A stretch of 64,000 nucleotides of DNA, taken from contig CAWJQQ010000001.1 in the NCBI GenBank assembly GCA_963845065.1, positions 1,152,001 through 1,216,000 on the forward strand, given 5' to 3'. The DNA is from Nitrospirota bacterium. GTDB lineage: Bacteria > Nitrospirota > UBA9217. The notes beneath the pieces are model-generated. The model searched no databases and was not told the origin of the DNA. It was given only the letters and a program-made list of their open reading frames with translations. Within the stretch, counting starts at the first letter, position 1. Each line of letters starts with the position of its first letter. This document shows, in pieces, positions 10,234 through 19,083 of the stretch. The translations under genes and the position numbers were made by a program.

Positions 10234-12159
10234 ATGAAAAGGTTAATGCAGATAGTGTTGGTCGTTTCTCTTGCTATAACGGTTGCATTTATTTTAGGAG
10301 CTTGCAGCAGTGGCGGGAGCAGTTCGTCATCGAGCAGTAGCAGCAGTTCATCATCAAGCAGCGGGGGTATTTCCAACAACACGCAAGGTGTTCAAGCAGC
10401 GTCCACCGCTAACCAGAGTGCAAGCATGGTGCAGGGAACAGGCCAGACATTTCAGAACCTCGGTACTATCGGGTTGACCTCTATAGGAGGTGCTGCGCCT
10501 GCATTCCAATCCTCCAGCGCTTTACAACTGAGCCCTGCTATGGAGAAGTTGATTACTACAACAGGGAAGCTTCCCACATTAACCTCGGTGGGCAAAGCAG
10601 CAAGTTCCATCAAAAGAGCGCTTGCGTCGAGGGCTGGCACTATAAGAGCAGCAGCTGGAGGAACTATCAACTGTGTAGATGCAGGAACAGCCGTTTACAC
10701 AATAAATTCTGCAAGCGCGGGTAGCTTCAATGTAACTATCACCTTCACTGGATGCCGTGAGAACGATACACAGATCGACGGTCAATATATTTTTACAGGG
10801 ACTACCGGCACTAGCGGGACTACCGGGACTACTGCAACATTGGACATCACACTTGGCTCAGCGAACACTCCATTTACGATCGAGGACTTCTCTACAGGTT
10901 ACGGTAGCGTGATTTCGCGGGCTACCTCGACCGCCTTGTCGCTCGGGATTAATATTGCAGAGTCGGCAAGCTCTTTAACCTATACGATGAATGCTAGTGG
11001 AGCCATGACCCTCTATGATGAATTCACTGGTAATAATTATACGATAACGTTCTCGAACGGATTCAATGATGTATATGCTTTATTGAGCGCGGGAACCGGA
11101 AGTACGTCATCATTCAGCATAACCGCGAATGGTAGTTATGCCGAGTCCTGGACTACGAGCGGAGTAACGACGTCTGTCTCATCGATGTTTTCTAACTTGG
11201 CACTTACACTCACGTTCAACTCCACATCCGAAGCGCTTTCGATCAATGGACAGTATACAATTACATTCACGCCTGCTTCATGCTTGAATGGGACGTTCAG
11301 TTTCGTAACGAATACTCCAGTTCAGGTGTCGGTGGCAACGGGCCTGACCGATCAGGGCTCGATTACCATCAACGGTGTCACTACGATCACGTTTAATGCT
11401 AATGGCACAATCACGGTAACAACCGCTGGTGTCAGTCAAACTTACAACAGTGTATATGCTCTTGATCAAGAATGCCCAATTGCAACATTGGATGAGCCAG
11501 CCCCGTTATCAAGCGGCTCTACCGGCACAACGACTGTGCCGACATCTGGTACCGCAATGACAATTACCCTAACCTGGAATGAGACCGGTAATACCGCGGT
11601 ATCGAACGATGATATGGATCTCCATTTGAATTATTACAACGTGACGGCGCCAACTGGTTCGACGCAGCCTACGTGGCATGTAGATTGGGACCTCTCAAGT
11701 GGAACATCAACCACAGTTATTGCTAACCTATGTACAGCTCCTGCTGGCGTAACTTCATACCGCTCGGCACTCGATCTTACCGGCGCTGGAAACTGCGATG
11801 TTCTTCTCGATCAAGACAATGTTGTTGGTTTCGGTCCTGAGCATATAATAGCTACAATGCTTCCGGCTGGATATTATGTCGTTTCAATTAACAACTATTC
11901 CTTCCACGGGGACACTTCAGAAGACGTAAAAGTAACGATCGAGATAGGAAATTCATTATTTGGCCCCTTTACCAGTACAATGACAGCGGCTGACGGAGAG
12001 GGATCGGATCCGGCCTCTTGGTTCGGAGCTGCTGACATAGTTGTTAGCAGTTCGGGAGTTGCGACGGTACGAGCGCATAATCCAAGCTTGTTGCCATGGG
12101 ACGAAGATAACCCATTCGGCTTGGGAGCGCCTGGTTTGCGAGTAAAAGGTGGTATTTAA
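10234..12159 (+). CDS. Large Ser/Thr/Gly-rich lipoprotein with C-terminal YfaP/DUF2135-like domain
   Basis: TAAGGAGGTG RBS; lipobox LGAC; 15-Ser linker; ITLTW...DMDLHL...DQDNVVGFGPEHI motif. Confidence 0.75.
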   Translation: MKRLMQIVLVVSLAITVAFILGACSSGGSSSSSSSSSSSSSSSGGISNNTQGVQAASTANQSASMVQGTGQTFQNLGTIGLTSIGGAAPAFQSSSALQLSPAMEKLITTTGKLPTLTSVGKAASSIKRALASRAGTIRAAAGGTINCVDAGTAVYTINSASAGSFNVTITFTGCRENDTQIDGQYIFTGTTGTSGTTGTTATLDITLGSANTPFTIEDFSTGYGSVISRATSTALSLGINIAESASSLTYTMNASGAMTLYDEFTGNNYTITFSNGFNDVYALLSAGTGSTSSFSITANGSYAESWTTSGVTTSVSSMFSNLALTLTFNSTSEALSINGQYTITFTPASCLNGTFSFVTNTPVQVSVATGLTDQGSITINGVTTITFNANGTITVTTAGVSQTYNSVYALDQECPIATLDEPAPLSSGSTGTTTVPTSGTAMTITLTWNETGNTAVSNDDMDLHLNYYNVTAPTGSTQPTWHVDWDLSSGTSTTVIANLCTAPAGVTSYRSALDLTGAGNCDVLLDQDNVVGFGPEHIIATMLPAGYYVVSINNYSFHGDTSEDVKVTIEIGNSLFGPFTSTMTAADGEGSDPASWFGAADIVVSSSGVATVRAHNPSLLPWDEDNPFGLGAPGLRVKGGI

Positions 12160-12174
12160 ATTAATCATTACTAT

Positions 12175-12202
12175 GGCGGGGCTTATGGCCCCGCCTTTTT
12201 TT
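12175..12202 (+). terminator. Rho-independent terminator
   Basis: GGCGGGGC-TTATG-GCCCCGCC followed by T7. Confidence 0.85.
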
Positions 12203-12208
12203 ATTATC

Positions 12209-12898
12209 ATGAGAAAACAATTTATTTTAATTTTATTTACAGTAGTACTGTTATGTGCGCATATCGGAAATGCATCACCTCCGGACGATCTAAGTATTCT
12301 GTATTTTTTTTCTGCAACATGTCCGCATTGTACAGCAATCGAACCAAAAGTAACGGAACTGAGCAAGGATTTCAGCGTGCAAGGCTTTTATTTTGGCAGG
12401 GAAGTTCCCGGATCCATGCCCTTCACGGTCAGGAAGGGTGATAAATCCCTATCTGATAAATATGATATCAATGGTGTGCCCGCGCTTGTGATCCTTAATA
12501 AAGGGAACATGAAAGAAATCATTCACGGAGAATACGACATAAAAGACGCCCTGTTTATATTGAAAGCATTCCAAAGAGGAGCACTGACCGTGTCGGAAGC
12601 TGTTGCAAAAGGGATCCAGGGTTCTTCTCATATTGTTGGCTGGATAGAGAGCAGGGGGGATTACTTCAGAAACGCTCATTTTTTCATCACCGACCGGCGT
12701 ATTATGATACCGATTAGTCCTTGGTTACCGTTGGAAACGGTCAAGTCTCCCTTCAAAACTACTCACCCGAGATTAATGTCTGATATCATTGGTAAGCCGG
12801 TCGAGCTTAAAGGTGCCTTGATCAAAGCAGATCAAACTTACTCATTCATTGTAAAACATGAAGTAATTCCCGACAAGATACGATCGTCTTTTAAATAA
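12209..12898 (+). CDS. Exported thioredoxin-fold protein (CPHC) with extra C-terminal domain
   Basis: Signal peptide, YFFSATCPHC, cis-Pro loop YDINGVPALV. Confidence 0.8.
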   Translation: MRKQFILILFTVVLLCAHIGNASPPDDLSILYFFSATCPHCTAIEPKVTELSKDFSVQGFYFGREVPGSMPFTVRKGDKSLSDKYDINGVPALVILNKGNMKEIIHGEYDIKDALFILKAFQRGALTVSEAVAKGIQGSSHIVGWIESRGDYFRNAHFFITDRRIMIPISPWLPLETVKSPFKTTHPRLMSDIIGKPVELKGALIKADQTYSFIVKHEVIPDKIRSSFK

Positions 12899-13001
12899 GA
12901 CGCGACAATGGATTCATTCGGTTGCTTACCAAACTATCCGCAGAAAGCCCCTGGTTTTAACCATGGGGATGAATGCGAGAACTTTGTTTTTCAGCAATTG
13001 C

Positions 13002-13030
13002 TGGACAAATGTATATCTATGTGGTATATT
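13002..13030 (+). promoter_or_regulatory. Candidate promoter for tnpB (near-leaderless mRNA)
   Basis: TGGACA-17 nt-TATATT with TG extended -10; ATG 10 nt downstream; no SD. Confidence 0.5.
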
Positions 13031-13040
13031 TGAGCAACCA

Positions 13041-14600
13041 ATGCCTCGTAAACGTAAACCTAAAACCCCATCTTTTGTACACGAGTTCCAACTCGTAGTG
13101 ACTCCAAAGGATAATCGAACGCTAGATGTCCGGCTCGAAGCTGGCCGTTATCTGTACAATGCCTGTCTTGGTGAAGCGATGAAGCGTCTTGCCGCCATGC
13201 GTCGATCCCCAAAATGGCTCGTGGCGGTCACGAAGAAGAAAAGCAAGCTTCGCACCAAGATGTTTAGGACAGCCAGAAACAAGGCTGAATATACCGAATA
13301 CCACATTCACAACTACGTCGGTATCCTACGTAACTCCTGCTGGATCGGAGACCATATTGACAGCCTGGCCGCCCAAAAGATAGCGACCAGGTCGTTTAAT
13401 GCCGTTGCTGACTACGAGTTCGGGAAGCATGGGAAACCACGGTTCAAGCGTCGTGGCTGGATGTCTTCGCTCGAAGGCAAAAACAACAAGTCTGGTATTC
13501 GGTGGTGCGATGACCATGTTGAATGGTCTGGACTTAGCCTTACCTGTGTCTTCGACAAAAAAGACAAGTTTGGCGTTCAGGCACATGCGCTTAGCCATGA
13601 TGTTAAATATGTTCGTTTGGTGAAGAAAACCATCTGCGGTAACGCCTGCTGGTTCGCCCAACTCGTGCTTAAAGGCACGGCCAGGATCAAGCGTGAGAAC
13701 CAGATTGGCACCGAAACCGTTGGCCTTGATATTGGTCCATCCACGGGTGCTATCGTTAGCGATACCGATGCGTTGCTCGTAGCATTTTGTCCGGAAGTCG
13801 AGATTCCGTACAAACAAATCCGCGTGGTTCAGCGTAAGATGGCCAGAAGCCTGAGGGCTGCCAACCCGGACAACTACAACGAAGACGGCACGGCTAAGAC
13901 TGGTGCCGGCAAGGGTAAAAAGCGGTGGATATTCTCTGCTCAATACCGTGCGCTTAAGGCTGAACTAGCCGAGCTACAGCGAGTTTTGGCTGAAACCAGA
14001 AAACGGGCTCATGGCACGTTAGCCAATGAAATTCTTAAGCTCGGAACCAACATAAAGACCGAGAAACTGTCGTACAGAGCATTCCAGAAACTCTATGGTA
14101 AAAGTATTTCAAGACGCGCTCCGGGGATGTTTATTTCGATGCTTCGCCGCAAAGCCGAAAACGCTGGCGGTAAAGTAACTGAATTTTCTACCCGGAGCAC
14201 GAAGCTTTCAGAGACATGCCACTGCGGGGAAGTAGCCAAAAAACCGCTATCCCAAAGATGGCATGACTGTAACTGCGGGGTAAACGCTCAACGCGATCTC
14301 TACTCCGCATATCTTGCAAAATATGTTTTTGAAAATGTCCTCGACACGCGTCAAGCCGCAGCAGCTTGGCCGGGTGCAAACCTGCTCCTGGAACGGGCGG
14401 TGTTGAGGGTGCAGTTTGAAGCGGCAAATGGCCGGATTCATCCGGCCAGCTTCGGTATTAACAACATGAGAGCCAACACCACGAACCGGAGACAGAGTTG
14501 CCTGCCCGTTAAAAACGGATCAACGATAGTCGATGCCGGCAACCTCTGTATTGTTGCCGAAAAGCCTGTCGGTATTGCCGTTAGAACCCCCTGTCTTTAG
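13041..14600 (+). CDS. tnpB: RNA-guided endonuclease TnpB, intact
   Basis: GRYLYNACL, GKPRFK, RuvC-I VGLDIG, RuvC-II IKTEKL, zinc ribbon CHCG..CNCG, RuvC-III QRDLYSA. Confidence 0.92.
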   Translation: MPRKRKPKTPSFVHEFQLVVTPKDNRTLDVRLEAGRYLYNACLGEAMKRLAAMRRSPKWLVAVTKKKSKLRTKMFRTARNKAEYTEYHIHNYVGILRNSCWIGDHIDSLAAQKIATRSFNAVADYEFGKHGKPRFKRRGWMSSLEGKNNKSGIRWCDDHVEWSGLSLTCVFDKKDKFGVQAHALSHDVKYVRLVKKTICGNACWFAQLVLKGTARIKRENQIGTETVGLDIGPSTGAIVSDTDALLVAFCPEVEIPYKQIRVVQRKMARSLRAANPDNYNEDGTAKTGAGKGKKRWIFSAQYRALKAELAELQRVLAETRKRAHGTLANEILKLGTNIKTEKLSYRAFQKLYGKSISRRAPGMFISMLRRKAENAGGKVTEFSTRSTKLSETCHCGEVAKKPLSQRWHDCNCGVNAQRDLYSAYLAKYVFENVLDTRQAAAAWPGANLLLERAVLRVQFEAANGRIHPASFGINNMRANTTNRRQSCLPVKNGSTIVDAGNLCIVAEKPVGIAVRTPCL

Positions 14601-14651
14601 GCATGGGGTAGGTCAGGAGATCAATCACAATCTAGACCCCAAAAATATTAT

Positions 14652-15425
14652 CTACTTCCCCTTGCTTTTCTGCCATAAGTCTTCCATTTCATCAAGCGTC
14701 ATATCGCTCAAGGATCTCCCTACATCCACAGCTGATTCTTCGATAACGCGGAAGCGCTGTATGAATTTACTGATGGTTTTTCGGAGCGCATTTTCCGGGT
14801 TTACGCCGAGGAACCGAGATATGTTTACAAGCATGAAGAAAATATCGCCAAGCTCTTCTTCGATGCCGGATGCGTCCTTCAGTTCAAGAGATTCCTTGAA
14901 CTCTGCAATTTCTTCATCTAGTTTGGGCAATGCATCATCGATGCGGCTCCAATCAAAACCGACGCGCGCTGCACGTTCCTGGATGCTGTGTGCACGGAGG
15001 AGGGACGGCAGGTGGTGGGGAACACCTTCAAGGATTGATTTCCGCTGTTCGTAGCCTTTCTCTTTTCTCTTGATCTCTTCCCAGTTAGCAAGGACTTCCT
15101 TATCAGTGCTGAGACGAGTATCGCCGAATACATGGGGATGACGGCGGGTCATCTTCTCGATGTTAGTTGAGATGACATCCTGGAAAGAAAATAGCCCCTG
15201 TTCCTCAGCAATGCGAGCGTGGAACACGATCTGAAACAGGAGGTCGCCGAGTTCTTCCTTTATTTTATCTGAAGACCCTTCATCCAAAGCATCGAGCACC
15301 TCATAGCATTCTTCGATCAAAAAGGGCTTTAGCGACTCTGTTGTTTGCTTGCGGTCCCAAGGGCATCCATCTTGGCTTCTGAGTTTTGCCATGAGGGCAA
15401 TGAGATCAGGCAAGTTATCATTCAT
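14652..15425 (-). CDS. mazG: Nucleoside triphosphate pyrophosphohydrolase
   Basis: GCPWDRKQT, EELGDLLFQIVFHA, RRHPHVFG, tandem MazG domains. Confidence 0.96.
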   Translation of the reverse strand: MNDNLPDLIALMAKLRSQDGCPWDRKQTTESLKPFLIEECYEVLDALDEGSSDKIKEELGDLLFQIVFHARIAEEQGLFSFQDVISTNIEKMTRRHPHVFGDTRLSTDKEVLANWEEIKRKEKGYEQRKSILEGVPHHLPSLLRAHSIQERAARVGFDWSRIDDALPKLDEEIAEFKESLELKDASGIEEELGDIFFMLVNISRFLGVNPENALRKTISKFIQRFRVIEESAVDVGRSLSDMTLDEMEDLWQKSKGK

Positions 15426-15446
15426 AAAAAACCTCTTACATCCAAT

Positions 15447-15499
15447 TTAGGAAAATAGCGCAGGAGACCCCTCATACTTTAGCTGTGGAAGCGAGTCAA
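15447..15499 (+). repeat. 53-nt single-hairpin mini-element, copy B
   Basis: TTAG-GAAAATAGCGCAGG-AGAC-CCCTCATACTTTAGCTGTGGAAG-CGAG-TCAA. Confidence 0.7.
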
Positions 15500-15645
15500 A
15501 ACTAAGTGATATTCTATAACGAGATATCAATACCTTACACAAACGATTTTCCGTTTGCAAGCTTTTTCCTTGAATTATGAGCGTCTTATATGGTAATCTA
15601 ATAAAGTTTCTATCGTCGGCCATTTGTTCCGAAAGGAGACTCGAT

Positions 15646-16056
15646 ATGTTTCAGAGGATGTCATATGCATTCATTATAATTGTTACCTTTATCCTGTTAA
15701 CCGCTATGGGCGGTACGGGAGGGTTTGAACGCGCACCACGCGTAGAAAAGAACTTTAATGTCGTCGTAATCGATTCATCGGGCGTAAAGATCGATGGTGA
15801 TCAATTCAGTTGGGAGGGGCGACTCCATTTTGAAGGGTATAAAGGCATGGCCCAGGTGGTAATACCCTTTGAAAAATTGAAGGAATTGACAATAGGTCAG
15901 GAAGTCGAGCGTAAAGTTAGGGTTACAGCACTTTTTTGGGACGGGACCGAGTCCACTTTCGATATTGATGCCAAATCAAGGTGTTTTGGTGAAGCATCGT
16001 TCGGGAGTTTTATGCTCCAGATGGAGGAGATCAAATCAGTAGCGTTTAAAAAATAA
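15646..16056 (+). CDS. Exported or membrane-anchored hypothetical beta-rich protein
   Basis: AAGGAG RBS before ATG 15646; hydrophobic N-terminus; two similar motifs IPFEKLKELTI and LQMEEIKSVAF. Confidence 0.7.
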   Translation: MFQRMSYAFIIIVTFILLTAMGGTGGFERAPRVEKNFNVVVIDSSGVKIDGDQFSWEGRLHFEGYKGMAQVVIPFEKLKELTIGQEVERKVRVTALFWDGTESTFDIDAKSRCFGEASFGSFMLQMEEIKSVAFKK

Positions 16057-16252
16057 TGTCCTCAGCGGGCGTGCATTGTTAACCAGAGATCATTGAGGGT
16101 GAAGAACTCCCCCTCAAGTTGCGTGTCAGAAGATTTTTTTTTATAATATCGTGAATATAGAACAGCTACGCTCGTCGGTGGCTTAATGCACTTAATTTTT
16201 TTATTTGTTCGATTTCCTCAGCAACTACTATTGACCCTTCAAGTGTTTTCTA

Positions 16253-18829
16253 ATGGACGGTTTGAATCAAAAAACAACAATATCGCTTTCCAGCGTTATC
16301 AAAGCGCAGCTGGAAGAAGAAAGCGCAGAGATTCGGCACGCTCATTTTGCTGGCGCAGGCGGTAACGAAGTGGTCCAGCGACGTACCGGACTAATTGACC
16401 GGTTGCTCCGCGATGCCTATGCCCATCTCTCCTCCACCTTTCGCATGCCATCATTGATCGCTATCGGCGGTTATGGGAGAGGAGAATTGAACCCCTATTC
16501 CGATGTCGACATCCTTTTTCTCTGCCAGGATGAAGATGACCGAAGCCGCACACCGGAGATGCTCTATGTGCTTTGGGATGCAGGGTTGGACATAGGATAC
16601 AGCGTTCGGACTGTAAAGGAGTGTGTGTTACTCGCACGACAGGATGTCAAAATCCGGACATCGCTGCTTGAATCTCGATTTATTGGCGGTGATCAGGACC
16701 TGTATGCTGCCTTTCTTCAATCTATGAGAAGCGACGTTTTCTACTGGAAAGCATCGGCGTTCATCAAGGAAAAAATCGTTGAACGAAACGCGACGCGTCA
16801 AAAGTACGGAGGTTCTATCTACCTGCGCGAACCGAATATTAAGGAAGGTGAAGGCGGTCTGCGCGATTTACATACGGCATTGTGGATAGCATTTGTCCAT
16901 TTCCGCATCAATTCACTCGGAGAACTCGTGCACCTGGGCGTGATCACCGAAGGACAGTATACGGTTTTCCTTCGGTCCCGGAATTTTCTCTGGAGACTCA
17001 GAAACGAGCTCCATTACCTGTCCTTCCGTAAGAATGATCACATGACGTTCGACCTCCAGGAAAAAGCAGCCTTGGACTTCCGATATCGCGATTCCGCACA
17101 CCTCTATGCTGTTGAGCGCTTTATGAAGACGTATTTTATTCATGCACGCACTATCCGGGAATTTTCCAATATCATCGTCAATGCTGTGCTTCCGAGGCCA
17201 ACGCGTCGTTGGTTTTATCGGAGGACTTCTCTCGGCGAATTCTCCCTCGTAGGCAGGACGCTCTTCCTTGCGTCAGAGGGTGCGTTTATCCGCGACTGCA
17301 CTCTTGTTCTGACAGCATTTAAACTGGTCCAATCTTACCATGCGACGTTCTCTTTACAATTGCGCGATCTGATCAGCAAATGCCGGATTGATGACAAGGT
17401 TAGAACCTCAGTCGTTGCAGGTCAAATTTTTCTTTCCATACTGGAGAATCTCGACGGATTATCGGAGACGCTCAACTTGATGAAGGAACTGCGATTTCTC
17501 GGCCGCTATCTCCCGGAGTTTCGAGATATTCAGGCTCTCGCTCGGCATGACTACTACCATTTGTATACCGTGGACGAGCATATCCTTCTTGCAATTAGAA
17601 AACTGCAGGACCTGTGGAACGCAAGTCATCCTGGACCGGTAACGTTCTCCGATGCATTGAAGCAATTGAACAAGAAGTGGATCTTGATTCTTGCCTTATT
17701 ACTTCATGACCTGGGGAAAGCATACCGTCAGGATCACGAGCTTAAAGGCACGGAAATTGCCCAAGTTATTCTTGAACGTTTGGGGATAACCGGCGAGGAC
17801 CGTGAACGGGTACTTTTCCTTATTAAAAACCACCTAGTCATGTCATCTCTATCGCAAAGACGTGAACTCTCGGACAGGAAAGTGATTGCAGATTTTTCCA
17901 AACTTGTCGGTGACCAACTAAACCTCTCCATGCTGTATCTCCTTACATACGCCGACATCTCCTCGGTCAACCCCCATGCCTGGACGCAATGGAAAGCTGT
18001 GCTCTTGCAAGATTTGTACATAAAGACGCAGAACTATCTTGGTAAAAAGGCGCTCGCCGGTGAAGAAGACAAGGTACGCGTGCAGTCTATAATTGCCAAG
18101 ATTAAAGAAGCGGCGAAGGGGAAGTATTCTGCTGAAACAATCGAATATTTTATATCGGTTATGTCGGACCAGTACATCCTTTCTACTTCGCTCAATAAAA
18201 TATTGGACCATGTGGGGATGATGTTGCAGCTTCCCCAGGAACAGCTAATTATCCAGCACCGGCATTATCCCGAAAAAGGATATACGGAATTGACAGTATG
18301 TGCGTACGACGCTTATGGCATGTTTTACCGGACCGCAGGTACCATCGCTTCCAAGAACTTGAGCATTCTCCGGGCGCAGGTTTATACTTCAAAAAGTGGT
18401 GTGATGATCGATACTTTCCAGATCACTGATCCGGCCGGAAAAATCTATGAATATGAAGACGCATGGAAGAGTGTTCTGCAAGATCTCCGTATTGCGCTCA
18501 TGAACAAAGCACGGCCGCCTGATACGAGTCAGTACTCGCTCGTTCCAAGACTGTCAACAACGATTACGCCTGAAGTGGAGTTCGATAATGACACCTCCGA
18601 AGCCTTTACGATTATTGATATCTCGGCCCGCGATCGCGTAGGGTTTCTATATCAAGTAACAAAAGCGCTTTATGACCTCAATCTGGATATATCATCGGCA
18701 AAGATCGTGACCGAAGGTTCACGGGTCATGGATTCTTTTTATGTCAGCGACCTTCTACGTAGAAAAGTTTTCGATCCCGATCGGTTGGAAAAAATAAAAG
18801 AGACGTTATTAACCGTGTTAAAATCATAA
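16253..18829 (+). CDS. glnD: [Protein-PII] uridylyltransferase
   Basis: GGYGRGELNPYSDVD, EPNIKEGEGGLRD, HD domain (YTVDEH, LLHDLGK), two ACT domains. Confidence 0.97.
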   Translation: MDGLNQKTTISLSSVIKAQLEEESAEIRHAHFAGAGGNEVVQRRTGLIDRLLRDAYAHLSSTFRMPSLIAIGGYGRGELNPYSDVDILFLCQDEDDRSRTPEMLYVLWDAGLDIGYSVRTVKECVLLARQDVKIRTSLLESRFIGGDQDLYAAFLQSMRSDVFYWKASAFIKEKIVERNATRQKYGGSIYLREPNIKEGEGGLRDLHTALWIAFVHFRINSLGELVHLGVITEGQYTVFLRSRNFLWRLRNELHYLSFRKNDHMTFDLQEKAALDFRYRDSAHLYAVERFMKTYFIHARTIREFSNIIVNAVLPRPTRRWFYRRTSLGEFSLVGRTLFLASEGAFIRDCTLVLTAFKLVQSYHATFSLQLRDLISKCRIDDKVRTSVVAGQIFLSILENLDGLSETLNLMKELRFLGRYLPEFRDIQALARHDYYHLYTVDEHILLAIRKLQDLWNASHPGPVTFSDALKQLNKKWILILALLLHDLGKAYRQDHELKGTEIAQVILERLGITGEDRERVLFLIKNHLVMSSLSQRRELSDRKVIADFSKLVGDQLNLSMLYLLTYADISSVNPHAWTQWKAVLLQDLYIKTQNYLGKKALAGEEDKVRVQSIIAKIKEAAKGKYSAETIEYFISVMSDQYILSTSLNKILDHVGMMLQLPQEQLIIQHRHYPEKGYTELTVCAYDAYGMFYRTAGTIASKNLSILRAQVYTSKSGVMIDTFQITDPAGKIYEYEDAWKSVLQDLRIALMNKARPPDTSQYSLVPRLSTTITPEVEFDNDTSEAFTIIDISARDRVGFLYQVTKALYDLNLDISSAKIVTEGSRVMDSFYVSDLLRRKVFDPDRLEKIKETLLTVLKS

Positions 18830-18937
18830 CCATGTAGTCTAAATCTCTCTAGACATAAATCCGAGGGGTTCTGAATATCTCACCCGATCTCTTCCGGGCT
18901 CTTGCGACGCACAGAGACCGTCCTCCACACCCAAGGT

Positions 18938-18970
18938 AAAAAACCGTGCGAAGTAAATCTTCTCGCACGG
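18938..18970 (-). terminator. Rho-independent terminator downstream of polA
   Basis: Stem CCGTGCGA/TCGCACGG with T6 on the minus strand. Confidence 0.7.
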
Positions 18971-19083
18971 CTCCGTGCAGGGAACGTCGAGTAACGGATG
19001 TTCATACCACGATCGACGATTCCTCTCTGGGACTGAATTAATTTGGCCTTCTTGCGTATTCGACATGTCAAATTATCATTTGA

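Larger units (their letters stand above)
12930..14616 (+). mobile_element. Non-autonomous tnpB-only IS200/IS605-family (IS1341-type) element
   Basis: Left: TTAC|N14-AAAG-CCCCTGGTTTTAACCATGGGG. Right: GAAC-CCCCTGTCTTTAGGCATGGGG-TAGG-TCAG|. IS608-like architecture; no tnpA inside. Confidence 0.88.

Noticed and set aside
10318..10362. Poly-Ser tract as a phase-variable microsatellite
   Set aside because: Encoded by mixed AGC/AGT/TCA/TCG codons, so it is a protein-level linker.
16093..16117. TTGAGGG/CCCTCAA hairpin as a terminator
   Set aside because: No clear U-tract.
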